Below are positions 20,697 to 31,240 of a DNA stretch of 64,000 nt, one piece after another; position 1 is the first letter of the stretch; each line of letters begins with the position of its first letter. The DNA is from an uncultured Clostridia bacterium. Lineage in GTDB: Bacteria; Bacillota; Clostridia; Christensenellales; UBA3700. Location of the stretch: contig CAMXSN010000001.1 in assembly GCA_947246685.1 (NCBI GenBank), positions 273,643-337,642 on the forward strand, written 5' to 3'. The position numbers and the translations under genes were made by a program. A model generated the notes under the pieces. It was given only the letters and a program-made list of their open reading frames with translations. It was not told where the DNA came from and did not search any database.

Positions 20697-21221
20697 TCAG
20701 TTTTTGAGCAAAGTTTCGTTGTCTTGTTTTTCCAAAGAATCTACGCTCTTGAAAGACTCGTCTTCGTCAATACCGTCTTTTTTATTCTTGGAAGACTTCT
20801 TGCTCTCGGCAAGCTTGTCCGCCTCCAAATCGTCCATAGCCGTTACTTCAGGCTTTTCCTGAATAGTCGTCACGCCCTCAGAATTTTTGACTGCTTCCAG
20901 CACAGTATAGATAGCCGACTTATCGATAACTACCATCATGCTTCCGTCGCCGTTGGCGCTGATGTCAAGCGTAAACGTTCCGTTGTTATTGTCAACCTTT
21001 CTTACGTCGCCTACAAAGCCACCAATGGTCTTGACTTTGGTGCCGACGCTAATGCTGTTCATCATTTCCTGAGCTTTTTTCTGTCTTTTTTTCTGCGGTA
21101 TGATAGACATTGCGAACATACCTACCATAAGCACGACCAATACGACTATCATTATCCACTGATTACCGCCGAACAAACCGCCGCCGGCAGCATCTGCGCT
21201 CATAAATAAATTAAAATTCAT
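20697..21221 (-). CDS. yajC: Preprotein translocase subunit YajC (with extended charged C-terminus)
   Basis: One N-terminal TM helix, then QKKRQKKAQEMMNSISVGTKVKTIGGFVGDV. It follows tgt as in Firmicutes. Confidence 0.85.
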   Translation of the reverse strand: MNFNLFMSADAAGGGLFGGNQWIMIVVLVVLMVGMFAMSIIPQKKRQKKAQEMMNSISVGTKVKTIGGFVGDVRKVDNNNGTFTLDISANGDGSMMVVIDKSAIYTVLEAVKNSEGVTTIQEKPEVTAMDDLEADKLAESKKSSKNKKDGIDEDESFKSVDSLEKQDNETLLKN

Positions 21222-21287
21222 ATTTGCTCCTTATATACTTTATTTATACTTATTATCAAATAATAATTACACAGTAAATTCTACCTT

Positions 21288-21317
21288 ATTAAGGCGGAAA
21301 ATATCAAGCATTTTATT
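21288..21317 (-). promoter_or_regulatory. Candidate sigma-A promoter of yajC
   Basis: Minus strand: TTGATA, 18 nt, TAGAAT. Confidence 0.4.
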
Positions 21318-21376
21318 GCCTTAATTTATCGATTTTATAATTTATTTACAATGTCTTATATAATGGCGACTATAAA

Positions 21377-22534
<1,158 letters not shown>

Positions 22535-22751
22535 TTAGATTAAATAATACAACCGCGACACAGAGATTGAACTCGCAACTCGACTATCTATTGCGATATT
22601 TATAATATTAGACATACGTCCCGCATTTTAACTGGAAGCAGGACTGCGCGTTTTAGAGCCGAGAAAGACAAGGCGCGCGAGGAAACCCCGAATGAGTTTA
22701 CTACGCGCAAATGACTGAGTGTTGCCACGGCGCAACGCCGTATTTCGACGG

Positions 22752-23786
22752 CTATAAGACGAGCATCGCGTCTCCGAAGGAAAAAAATCTATACTTCTCT
22801 TCAACAGCCGTCTTATATAACTCCAAAGTCTTTTCTCTGCCTATAAGCGCGCTGACAAGCATAATCAGCGTTGATTCGGGCAAATGGAAATTGGTGATAA
22901 GACCTTTGACGACTTTGAAACGATAGCCAGGATAGATAAATATCCGAGTATCGCCTTTCTGCGCTTTGACTAATCCGTCTTCACCGACGGCGCTTTCCAC
23001 TACGCGCACCGAAGTAGTGCCGACACAAATTACTCTACGCCCTTCGATCAAAGCTCTGTTGATAATATCTGCGTTAACGTCGTCAACCTCAAAATATTCG
23101 CTGTGCATTTTATGCGCGAGTATATTCTCTTCCTTTACGGGTCGAAACGTACCCAATCCGACGTGTAACAGCACCTTGGCGATCTCAACTCCGCTGTCGG
23201 AAAGCTGTCGGAGCAATTCGGGAGTAAAATGCAATCCTGCGGTAGGAGCCGCGGCTGAGCCGTCTATCTTGCCGTAAACCGTCTGATATCTGCTTTTATC
23301 TTGCAATTTTTCCGTTATGTACGGCGGCAAAGGCATATTACCGATTTGTTCGAGTATATTCTCGAAGACTCCGTCAAATATAAATTTTATGAACCTAATC
23401 CCCTCTTCGCCGTATCCCGTTACCTCGCCCTGCATAGCTCCGAAATCCAGTCGCGTGCCGATTTTAAGCTTTTTTGCAGGTCTTGTGATGCATTCCCAAG
23501 TATCGTACTCCCTGCGTTTTAACAGCAACACTTCCGTATTCCGTTCTATCGTCTTGTCCGTCCTAGGCAAGCGCGTAGCAAATATCCTCGCCGGAATAAC
23601 TTTGGTGTTGTTGATCACTAGCACGTCGCCAGCCCGCAAATAATTCTTGATATCAAAAAAATGTCTGTGCTCGACAGCGCCGTCGCCGCGACGGTAAACC
23701 AACATCCTGGACGCGTCTCTGGGTTCTATAGGCGTCTGCGCAATCAATTCTTTGGGCAGATCGTAATAAAAGTCGCTCGTCCTCAT
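22752..23786 (-). CDS. queA: S-adenosylmethionine:tRNA ribosyltransferase-isomerase
   Basis: The start [17 protein letters not shown] at 23786 forms a TAATG overlap with the ruvB stop. The C-terminus is YRFFSFGDAMLVL. The track ORF is extended by 31 aa. Confidence 0.95.
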   Translation of the reverse strand: MRTSDFYYDLPKELIAQTPIEPRDASRMLVYRRGDGAVEHRHFFDIKNYLRAGDVLVINNTKVIPARIFATRLPRTDKTIERNTEVLLLKRREYDTWECITRPAKKLKIGTRLDFGAMQGEVTGYGEEGIRFIKFIFDGVFENILEQIGNMPLPPYITEKLQDKSRYQTVYGKIDGSAAAPTAGLHFTPELLRQLSDSGVEIAKVLLHVGLGTFRPVKEENILAHKMHSEYFEVDDVNADIINRALIEGRRVICVGTTSVRVVESAVGEDGLVKAQKGDTRIFIYPGYRFKVVKGLITNFHLPESTLIMLVSALIGREKTLELYKTAVEEKYRFFSFGDAMLVL

Positions 23787-24844
23787 TATTTTTTGTCCTC
23801 TTGATCCAACATAGACAACTGTTCGTAAGCGAGTTTGTTGGCTTTGCGTCCGAAATGCGCATAAGCGTCGGGCAGGCAAATCCGTCCTCGCGGCGTGCGC
23901 GCAATAAACGTTATCTGCATAAGATACGGCTCGTAGACGTCCTCTATCGTGCCGGCGTCCTCTCCTATCGACGCCGCCAGAGTGTCCAATCCCACCGGTC
24001 CGCCGTTGAATTTGTCAATTATCGTAAGAATTATCTTGCTGTCGATATTGTCAAGTCCCAATTTATCGATTTCCATTTTTCCAAGCGCTATATCGGCGAC
24101 TTTCTCGTCTATCACGCCCTCGGCAAGCACTTCGCTGTAATCGCGTACTCTCTTCAATATCCTATTGGCAATTCTCGGAGTTCCCCTGCTTCTTCTGGCA
24201 ATTTCATACGCGCCGTCCTCTGTAATCTCAACATTGAGAAGTCCGGCGCTTCTCGTAACTATACTTGCAAGTTCTCTCGGCGAATACATTTCCAATCGGC
24301 AATTTACTCCGAATCTATCCCTGAGCGGAGACGTCAGCATGCCGGCTCTCGTCGTTGCTCCGATAAGCGTAAACTTGGGCAGCGACAGTCTTATACTCCT
24401 TGCGCTTGGACCTTTGCCGACCATAAAATCCAAAGCATAATCTTCCATTGCGGGATATAACACTTCTTCTACGTTGCGATTTAGTCGGTGAATTTCATCG
24501 ATAAACAATACGTCTTTTTCGTTAAGATTGGTCAATATTGCTGCGAGGTCCGCAGCCTTTTCTATCGCAGGTCCGGAAGTTATCCTTATTTGCGATCCCA
24601 TTTCGCCGGCTATAATATGAGCAAGCGTCGTCTTACCTAAGCCCGGGGGGCCGTACAGCAACACGTGATCGAGAGCCTCGTCTCTGGCAACAGCGGCTTT
24701 GATATAAATGTCCAAATTTTCTTTAATCTTATCCTGACCGACGTAATCGGACATATTCTTAGGTCGCAGCGAATTCTCGCTGTCCCCCTCGCCCACTCCC
24801 TGCATAGAGGACATAAACCGTTCTTCTTCGTCAAAAAATTCCAT
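23786..24844 (-). CDS. ruvB: Holliday junction helicase RuvB
   Basis: Walker [12 protein letters not shown] and Walker [10 protein letters not shown]. Confidence 0.97.
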   Translation of the reverse strand: MEFFDEEERFMSSMQGVGEGDSENSLRPKNMSDYVGQDKIKENLDIYIKAAVARDEALDHVLLYGPPGLGKTTLAHIIAGEMGSQIRITSGPAIEKAADLAAILTNLNEKDVLFIDEIHRLNRNVEEVLYPAMEDYALDFMVGKGPSARSIRLSLPKFTLIGATTRAGMLTSPLRDRFGVNCRLEMYSPRELASIVTRSAGLLNVEITEDGAYEIARRSRGTPRIANRILKRVRDYSEVLAEGVIDEKVADIALGKMEIDKLGLDNIDSKIILTIIDKFNGGPVGLDTLAASIGEDAGTIEDVYEPYLMQITFIARTPRGRICLPDAYAHFGRKANKLAYEQLSMLDQEDKK

Positions 24845-25455
24845 TATCTGTCAAAACTCCTTAGTGCCAATGTGATTATGTTCTCCAATTTATCGCTCTT
24901 AGTTCTCGCAATCGAAACTGCTTTTGCCGCTTCGGTTTTTGATATTCCCAAAGAGACGAGCGCAAGCACGGCGTCGTTGACTACCTCGTCTTTGGACGCA
25001 TCTTCTCCGCTGAGCAATCCGAAAAATCCGTCCGAACTTTCACTTTCTCCAACAGCGGAAATTTTCTCTTTAAGCTCCAATATGATACGTTCGGCTGTCT
25101 TTTTACCCAAGCCTTTAACTTTGGCGAGCGTCTTTGCGTCGCCGTTGACTATCGCAATCGCCAAACTTTGCAGGTCGATACCGGACAAAATCTGCAATGC
25201 CGTCTTAGGCCCTACTCCGCTGACGCTTATCAAATTGACAAACATCGCTTTTTCTTCCTTGCTGTAAAAACCGTACAGGCTCATCTCGTCTTCGGCAACT
25301 TTGAGATAAGTATAAGCCGTGACAACTTCGCCTTTTTTAGCAAAAGCGGCAAGCGTATTTGCCGACACGCCAAGTTCATAGGCAATTCCGTTGTTTTCCA
25401 ACACTACTTTGCCTTCTTCATAAAAAACAACTTTTCCGCTGATAGAATAGTACAT
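24844..25455 (-). CDS. ruvA: Holliday junction DNA-binding protein RuvA
   Basis: 203 aa with HhH motifs ([24 protein letters not shown]). Confidence 0.95.
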   Translation of the reverse strand: MYYSISGKVVFYEEGKVVLENNGIAYELGVSANTLAAFAKKGEVVTAYTYLKVAEDEMSLYGFYSKEEKAMFVNLISVSGVGPKTALQILSGIDLQSLAIAIVNGDAKTLAKVKGLGKKTAERIILELKEKISAVGESESSDGFFGLLSGEDASKDEVVNDAVLALVSLGISKTEAAKAVSIARTKSDKLENIITLALRSFDR

Positions 25456-25491
25456 AAAAATCCTTATAAACCGAGACCGTTTGAAACTTAG

Positions 25492-25986
25492 TTATCTGAT
25501 ACCGAAAAGTCCGCCCAATCTGGCTGTCTGACCGTGAGTAAGCGCAACAGCAAGTCCGTCAGCGGCGTCGTCGGGTTTTGGCACGGCTTTGAGATTGAGC
25601 AATCTCGTGACCATATACTGAATCTGTTTTTTCTCCGCCTTGCCGTATCCCGTCAAAGCTTGTTTTATCTGCAACGGCGTGTACTCGTACATCTTCAATT
25701 CTTTCTGACGGCAAGCAAGCAGAATAACTCCTCTCGCCTGAGCGACGTTGATGCCCGTGGTGATATTGGTGTTGAAAAACAACTCCTCTATAGCTATGCA
25801 ATCGGGCTTAAATCTGTCGATAAGCGAGATTATGCCGTCATAGATCTTATTCAACCTAGTCGGCACAGTATCTTCTTTGGGAGTATTGATAACTCCGCAG
25901 TCGATGGGACGGTAAGAGCCTTTCTGCGCGGCTATCACGCCGTAACCGACTATCGCCAAACCGGGGTCGATACCCAAGATAATCAT
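25492..25986 (-). CDS. ruvC: Holliday junction resolvase RuvC
   Basis: N-terminus MIILGIDPGLAIVGYG. It forms an ATGA overlap with the proA stop. Confidence 0.95.
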   Translation of the reverse strand: MIILGIDPGLAIVGYGVIAAQKGSYRPIDCGVINTPKEDTVPTRLNKIYDGIISLIDRFKPDCIAIEELFFNTNITTGINVAQARGVILLACRQKELKMYEYTPLQIKQALTGYGKAEKKQIQYMVTRLLNLKAVPKPDDAADGLAVALTHGQTARLGGLFGIR

Positions 25987-27227
25987 TTACGTATCTCTCC
26001 GTGACCTGTAATCACGTATTTTTCGCTTGTCAACTGTTCCAATCCCAATGGACCTCTGGCATGCAACTTTTGCGTGGAAATACCTATTTCCGCTCCGAAT
26101 CCGAATTCAAATCCGTCGGTAAACCTCGTGGACGCATTGGTATATACGCAACCGGCGTCGACAGCCGTCGTAAATACGTCCATAATCTTTTCGTCGCGAG
26201 AAACTATCGCTTCGCTATGCTTCGTACCGTTGGCGTTGATTCTATCGATAGCTTCGGTATAATCTTTGACTATCTTAACGGTAATCACGTAATCTTCGCG
26301 TTCGGTCTTATAATCCTCTTCTTTAGCGGGAATAACGCCGTCGGCATATTTTTGAACTTGTTCGTCGCCGATTATTTTGCAACCGCCGTCTTGCAGCGAT
26401 TTAAGCATATCGGGCAGGAATTCGTCGGCAATCGCCTCGTCTACGAGCAACTGCTCAGCCGCGTTGCATACGGAAACTCTCTGCATCTTGGCGTTGTATA
26501 CGATAGCTTTAGCCATATTCAAATCGGCGCTCTTCTCTACGTAAACGTGACAGTTGCCGCCCGAAGACGCAATCACCGGTATTTGAGAATTCGCCAACAC
26601 GAATTTCTTGAGTCCGTCGCTGCCTCTGGGAATTACCACGTCGATATATTTTGCCTGCTGCAACATATCGTAAGTAGCCTGTCTGTCAACGTCGTCGACA
26701 AAGCCTATGATATCCTTGTCCAATCCCAACTCGCCTATAGCCCGACGGATTATATCAAACAGCGCTCTGTTGGTATTGATAGCCTCTTTGCCTCCTTTGA
26801 GTATTACACCGTTGCCCGATTTAATACAAAGGCTTGCCACGTCGACCGTGACGTTGGGGCGGGATTCGTAAATCACGCCTATAACGCCCAGCGGCGCTCT
26901 GACTTTCTTGATACTAAGACCGCTCTCGACCGTCCATTCTCTGACAATCTTTCCCACAGGATCTGCAAGTTCCGCCACCTGTCTAACTCCCTCGGCCATC
27001 AGCGCTATCCTTGCGTCCGTCAACGCAAGTCTATCTATCATCGCTTCGGAAAGTTTGCCTTTGGCGTTCTCTATATCCAACGCGTTGATCTTTTTTATTT
27101 CTTCCGCGCTGTTTTCAATCATGTCAGCTATCGCGCCGAGTATTTTGTTTTTTGTCAAGCTGTCGTAGAGCGACAGTCTGTAAGTTGCGTTTCTGACTGC
27201 GCAACAGACTTTTTCTATATTCTCCAT
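25983..27227 (-). CDS. proA: Gamma-glutamyl phosphate reductase
   Basis: 414 aa of the aldehyde dehydrogenase type, with the catalytic Cys in RVSVCNAAEQLLV. Confidence 0.93.
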   Translation of the reverse strand: MENIEKVCCAVRNATYRLSLYDSLTKNKILGAIADMIENSAEEIKKINALDIENAKGKLSEAMIDRLALTDARIALMAEGVRQVAELADPVGKIVREWTVESGLSIKKVRAPLGVIGVIYESRPNVTVDVASLCIKSGNGVILKGGKEAINTNRALFDIIRRAIGELGLDKDIIGFVDDVDRQATYDMLQQAKYIDVVIPRGSDGLKKFVLANSQIPVIASSGGNCHVYVEKSADLNMAKAIVYNAKMQRVSVCNAAEQLLVDEAIADEFLPDMLKSLQDGGCKIIGDEQVQKYADGVIPAKEEDYKTEREDYVITVKIVKDYTEAIDRINANGTKHSEAIVSRDEKIMDVFTTAVDAGCVYTNASTRFTDGFEFGFGAEIGISTQKLHARGPLGLEQLTSEKYVITGHGEIRK

Positions 27228-27243
27228 AATTCACCTCGGGATA

Positions 27244-27984
27244 TCAAACCTCGTCTTCTTCGTCGAGTTCGGCATTGTGATAGACGTTCTGAACGTCGTC
27301 ATTGTCCTCAAGCATATCCAAAAGTTTGAGCACTTTAGCCTCTGCGTCTTTATCGGGTTTGACAGTGCTGTTGGGGATTCTGTCGACCTGAGCGGAGAGA
27401 ATTTTAAGATTTCCCGCTTTCTCGACAGCCTCTCTGACCTCTCCCAAAGACGCGGGATCGGTATAAATCTCGAATATGTCCCCGTCGTTGAGTATATCGT
27501 TGGCGCCGCAATCGAGCGCAGTCATCATAACTTCGTCTTCGTCTACGCCTTCCCCGTCCACTACTATTACGCCTTTTGTCTCAAACATATAGGATACGCA
27601 ACCGCTCGTGCCCATAGCTCCGCCGCATTTGTCGAAATGATGACGTATGTCTCCTGCAGTACGATTTTTGTTATCGGTCAAAGTCTCTACGATAACGGCG
27701 ACGCCGCCTGCTCCGTAGCCTTCGTATACGTTCTCTTCGTAATTGACGGCATTGAGTTCTCCGCTCGCCTTTTTGATACCTCTTTCGATATTGTCGTTGG
27801 GCATATTGTTGGCTTTTGCCTTGGCAATGACGTCTCTCAGTCTCGCGTTTGAATTGGGATCGGGTCCGCCTTGCTTAACCGCGACGGCAATCTCTCTGCC
27901 TATCTTTGTGAATACGCTTGCTCTCTTTGCGTCACTCTTGCCTTTTTTATTTTTTATGTTCGCCCATTTGCTATGTCCAGACAT
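27244..27984 (-). CDS. yebC: YebC/PmpR family DNA-binding regulator
   Basis: N-terminus [35 protein letters not shown] is present. Confidence 0.95.
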   Translation of the reverse strand: MSGHSKWANIKNKKGKSDAKRASVFTKIGREIAVAVKQGGPDPNSNARLRDVIAKAKANNMPNDNIERGIKKASGELNAVNYEENVYEGYGAGGVAVIVETLTDNKNRTAGDIRHHFDKCGGAMGTSGCVSYMFETKGVIVVDGEGVDEDEVMMTALDCGANDILNDGDIFEIYTDPASLGEVREAVEKAGNLKILSAQVDRIPNSTVKPDKDAEAKVLKLLDMLEDNDDVQNVYHNAELDEEDEV

Positions 27985-28024
27985 AACTACCTCCGAATAT
28001 TAAATTACATAATTAATATTATAA

Positions 28025-28038
28025 TATTTAATATATTT
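28025..28038. repeat. 14-bp perfect palindrome AATATTATAATATT (copy 1 of 3)
   Basis: An exact string read in the sequence, 41 nt upstream of the yebC ATG. Confidence 0.9.
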
Positions 28039-28099
28039 TTGCAAGCAATTTTGCAAGCCGTGGAAAAATTAGCGAAATATATCAAAATCGCATTGAAAA

Positions 28100-28123
28100 T
28101 AAAAAAGCAGGCTTTCGCCTGCC
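28100..28123 (-). terminator. Rho-independent terminator after ruvX
   Basis: Minus strand: GCAGGC-gaaa-GCCTGC followed by TTTTTTATTTT. Confidence 0.7.
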
Positions 28124-28142
28124 TGACCTTTCCGTAAGATAT

Positions 28143-28547
28143 TCAATGTCTGTCAAGATAAGATTGAAGTATTATCGTCGCGGCAATTTTATCTATCACT
28201 TTTTTTCGTTTGTCTCTGCGCATACCGCCCTCTATAAGCATTTCTTCTGCAACGACGGTAGTTAGACGCTCGTCTTCATAATCGATTTTTGCGTCGATAA
28301 GAGGTTGAAGATTTTCGGCGAATTCCCTGGTCTTGAAAACTCTCTCTCCCTCTGTTCCGTCCATATTGAGCGGAAGACCGAATACTACGACGTCTACTTT
28401 GTACTTTTTGGTCAAGTCGGCGATATATTGCAAATCTCTTTGCAAATCCGTCCTTCTGTAAGTCTCTAACCCGCTAGCTATAATGCCGCTTTCACTGAGC
28501 GCTATGCCCGTGCGGATGTCTCCGAGGTCTATTGCCAAATATTTCAT
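28143..28547 (-). CDS. ruvX: Putative pre-16S rRNA nuclease / Holliday junction resolvase-like YqgF
   Basis: Sequences MKYLAIDLGDIRTGIA...DERLTT...RKKVIDKIAATIILQSYLD. The track ORF has a false 29-aa extension. Confidence 0.92.
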   Translation of the reverse strand: MKYLAIDLGDIRTGIALSESGIIASGLETYRRTDLQRDLQYIADLTKKYKVDVVVFGLPLNMDGTEGERVFKTREFAENLQPLIDAKIDYEDERLTTVVAEEMLIEGGMRRDKRKKVIDKIAATIILQSYLDRH

Positions 28548-28553
28548 AAGATA

Positions 28554-28582
28554 ATTATCCGACAAAAATATAAATATGTCAA
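28554..28582 (-). promoter_or_regulatory. Consensus sigma-A promoter placed for a leaderless ruvX mRNA
   Basis: Minus strand: TTGACA, 17 nt, GATAAT, 6 nt (tatctt), then ATG. No Shine-Dalgarno. Confidence 0.55.
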
Positions 28583-28630
28583 GCAATAGCGCGGCAGTTG
28601 CCCGCCGCGCTTGTAATGGTCGTTTTGTCG

Positions 28631-30316
28631 TCATTCTATCTTTTCATAAAGTTCGTCTGTTTTATTTTTGTAGACGGCTGTTACGATGATATAATATAAA
28701 AAGCTTACCAGCGCGCTCACCGCTACGTATATCAGCGACAGCAAATATCTGTTGATAGGAATAAATCCAACTCCGATACAGATAAACATTATTCCGAATC
28801 CCGGTATACAGCTGACGAGCATAGGAATCACCGAAGAAAAATTATTTTTGACTATCTCTTTTATGTTCTGCCAATGGATATTGGGATTTTTCAAATCTCT
28901 GTAGACGCAGAACTTAATGACCGCATACGAATAAAACATATTCGATGCAAAGAGCCCAAATACTTGCAACGCGTTAGCGCCGTCGGTGAAAGCAAAACTC
29001 AACGTCGACAGAACTATTGTAATAGCCGAGAACGTGTATCCGACGACAATCTTGGACTGCACAACGTCCTTTGCGCTCACGGGAAGCGTTTTGGCGATCA
29101 TCGCCCCCTCGCCGTCTTTTGAGAAAGCAAGAATACTCGGCACGTTGCTGCTAGTCATTAATTTGAGCACAATTTCTGCAACGCCCAACGCGACGAACGG
29201 TCCGGCGTGAGAATTCATTTTGCAAAGGAAAAATATCAGAATAGGGGGCAAAATCATCATTATTCCTGACTGAATAAGCATGGTGTTATTTTTAAGAATG
29301 CTTGAAAATTCCTTTTTTATCAGCGCGTTTTTGACGGAATTTTGCTTGACGTCTTTAGCTTTCCTCGACGACGCTTCTGCAGAGCCGTTCTCAAATACGC
29401 TTGCTGACAAACTCTTATACTGCCATATCGCAAGCAAACTGCCTATCGCCGCCAATGCCAGAACTATCCCGATAAACGCCATCGCATATCCAAATGCCGG
29501 CGCGCCGGACATAGTCATCGCCTTGGCAAGGAATAGCGTATGGAAAGAGTACTGCCCTATCTTGGAAAACGACGGCAAAATCGCCTTGTAAATTTCGTTG
29601 ATCATTTCGCTTGGGTTTTCGCTCTCTACCATACCGCTGCCCAAATCGCCGCTAGGTCCTGTCGACACGTTTCCAGATAGCAGTATCGGCAGATAAATCG
29701 CAACGTATATTGCCGCAACGAAAAGAATCGTTACCACAGCGCCCAATATAGGTCTTTTCTTGAAAAATTGCATTACTTTCATGATAGGATAAGACAAGAT
29801 AGCAATTATCAATATCGCCATCAACGGCAACAACAACGTTGCCGGCAGTATCATTATCACAAATCCCGCGCTGACCGGCACTGAAGCGCTGACCATTGCG
29901 ATTATTGCTACAATAGACATTGGAATGACCGTTATAACTGAAAAAATCAGTTCATACAGCAATATAGCAATGAGCTTTGCCCAAAAAATACTTACGGTCT
30001 TGACGGGCAACGTAAATAAAAATTCGTTGTCTTTACTGAAATACATAATATTGATATAAGCAAACAGTCCGAACACTATAGTTAGCACCTGACTGAGCAA
30101 AAATCCTACCGAAAGCACTTGAGCGAGATAACCCTCGGTAACCGCCGCTTTAACCAATCCGAACATACCAGCAAGCGAAAAAATATAAGGCAATCCAATG
30201 CCCATACTCAGTCCGACAAGCATTGCGATATATTTCTTTTTCTGTTTTTCGTCCTTAAAATTAGGGATCAGAGTGTTTTTGATCAACCTTTTTGTAAGCG
30301 CGCCGAATGCATTCAT
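28631..30316 (-). CDS. Large polytopic ABC exporter permease (about 12 TM)
   Basis: 561 aa with many hydrophobic helices. It lies directly downstream of an ABC ATPase with a 12-nt gap. Confidence 0.75.
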   Translation of the reverse strand: MNAFGALTKRLIKNTLIPNFKDEKQKKKYIAMLVGLSMGIGLPYIFSLAGMFGLVKAAVTEGYLAQVLSVGFLLSQVLTIVFGLFAYINIMYFSKDNEFLFTLPVKTVSIFWAKLIAILLYELIFSVITVIPMSIVAIIAMVSASVPVSAGFVIMILPATLLLPLMAILIIAILSYPIMKVMQFFKKRPILGAVVTILFVAAIYVAIYLPILLSGNVSTGPSGDLGSGMVESENPSEMINEIYKAILPSFSKIGQYSFHTLFLAKAMTMSGAPAFGYAMAFIGIVLALAAIGSLLAIWQYKSLSASVFENGSAEASSRKAKDVKQNSVKNALIKKEFSSILKNNTMLIQSGIMMILPPILIFFLCKMNSHAGPFVALGVAEIVLKLMTSSNVPSILAFSKDGEGAMIAKTLPVSAKDVVQSKIVVGYTFSAITIVLSTLSFAFTDGANALQVFGLFASNMFYSYAVIKFCVYRDLKNPNIHWQNIKEIVKNNFSSVIPMLVSCIPGFGIMFICIGVGFIPINRYLLSLIYVAVSALVSFLYYIIVTAVYKNKTDELYEKIE

Positions 30317-30328
30317 AAACTCACCCCG

Positions 30329-31111
30329 TCAAAAATTATCTATTTGGTCGCTGACTATCGGCGTGACGCGTACTTCCTGCGACTGCTGCGTTACGGAAAG
30401 GAAGAACTCCTCGAGACTGTTGTCTTCGTTACTTGCCCTTATCTCGTCCATAGAACCGCTGATCAACAGACGTCCTTTATCGATAATCGCCAATCTGTCG
30501 CACAGCTTTTCGACTACTTCGATAATATGAGAAGAAAATAAAACGCTGTTGCCCTCTCGGCAATGCTCTCTCATCAGTTCTTTGAGATTATAGGCGCTCT
30601 GAGGGTCGAGTCCCGTCAGAGGTTCGTCGAGAATCCAAAGCTTGGGATTGTGAATCAACGCGCCAATCACGCAAATTTTCTGTTTCATTCCGTGGGAATA
30701 ACTGCCGACGGCTTTGTTAGCCACGTCGGAAAGTCCGAAAAGTTCGAGATATTTTTCCGCCCTTATCTTTCTGTCGTTGATTCCTACGCCGTAAATATCA
30801 GCCATAAAATTTATATACTCATTGGCAGTCATCGTCTCGTAAAGAAAATGATTGTCAGGCACGTAACCAATGCAGCGCTTTGCCTCTATGGGTTTTTCGT
30901 GAAAATCGTAGCCGCATATATTTACGTTGCCCTCTGTAAAAGGCAATGCGCCGACGATACATTTGATAGTCGTGCTTTTGCCTGCGCCGTTTGGACCGAG
31001 AAAAGCAAAAAGTTCGCCTTCTTTGACTTGAAGATTCAAATCCCTTACAGAATATTTCTCATTGCCTTTATATTTTTTACTGAGATTAGTAATCCTTAAA
31101 ATATCACTCAT
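30329..31111 (-). CDS. ABC transporter ATP-binding protein
   Basis: Walker A GPNGAGKST, signature YSHGMKQK, Walker B LWILDEP. Confidence 0.93.
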   Translation of the reverse strand: MSDILRITNLSKKYKGNEKYSVRDLNLQVKEGELFAFLGPNGAGKSTTIKCIVGALPFTEGNVNICGYDFHEKPIEAKRCIGYVPDNHFLYETMTANEYINFMADIYGVGINDRKIRAEKYLELFGLSDVANKAVGSYSHGMKQKICVIGALIHNPKLWILDEPLTGLDPQSAYNLKELMREHCREGNSVLFSSHIIEVVEKLCDRLAIIDKGRLLISGSMDEIRASNEDNSLEEFFLSVTQQSQEVRVTPIVSDQIDNF

Positions 31112-31213
31112 TCTATTTCTCCTTGCGATTTTATACTTTAATTATAATCATGCGTCAATAACGCAGTCAATGCGATAATTTCTCCCGATTTGCAACAAAT
31201 ATGCAGATTTTAC

Positions 31214-31240
31214 AAAAAAAGCAGAGGTATTCCCGCTGCT
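31214..31240 (-). terminator. Rho-independent terminator after rarA
   Basis: Minus strand: AGCAGCGGG-aata-CCTCTGCT (one mismatch) followed by TTTTTTT. The stem overlaps the rarA stop codon. Confidence 0.65.

Noticed and set aside
26001-27329. A 442-aa plus-strand ORF, the largest of many plus-strand ORFs (for example 811-1473, 1953-2708, 9199-9753, 15758-16669, 16603-17541, 50712-51560).
   Set aside because: Each one lies antisense to a well-supported conserved minus-strand gene (here proA). They have low-complexity composition rich in F/R/S/L/I, no SD and no recognisable motif. They are typical shadow ORFs.
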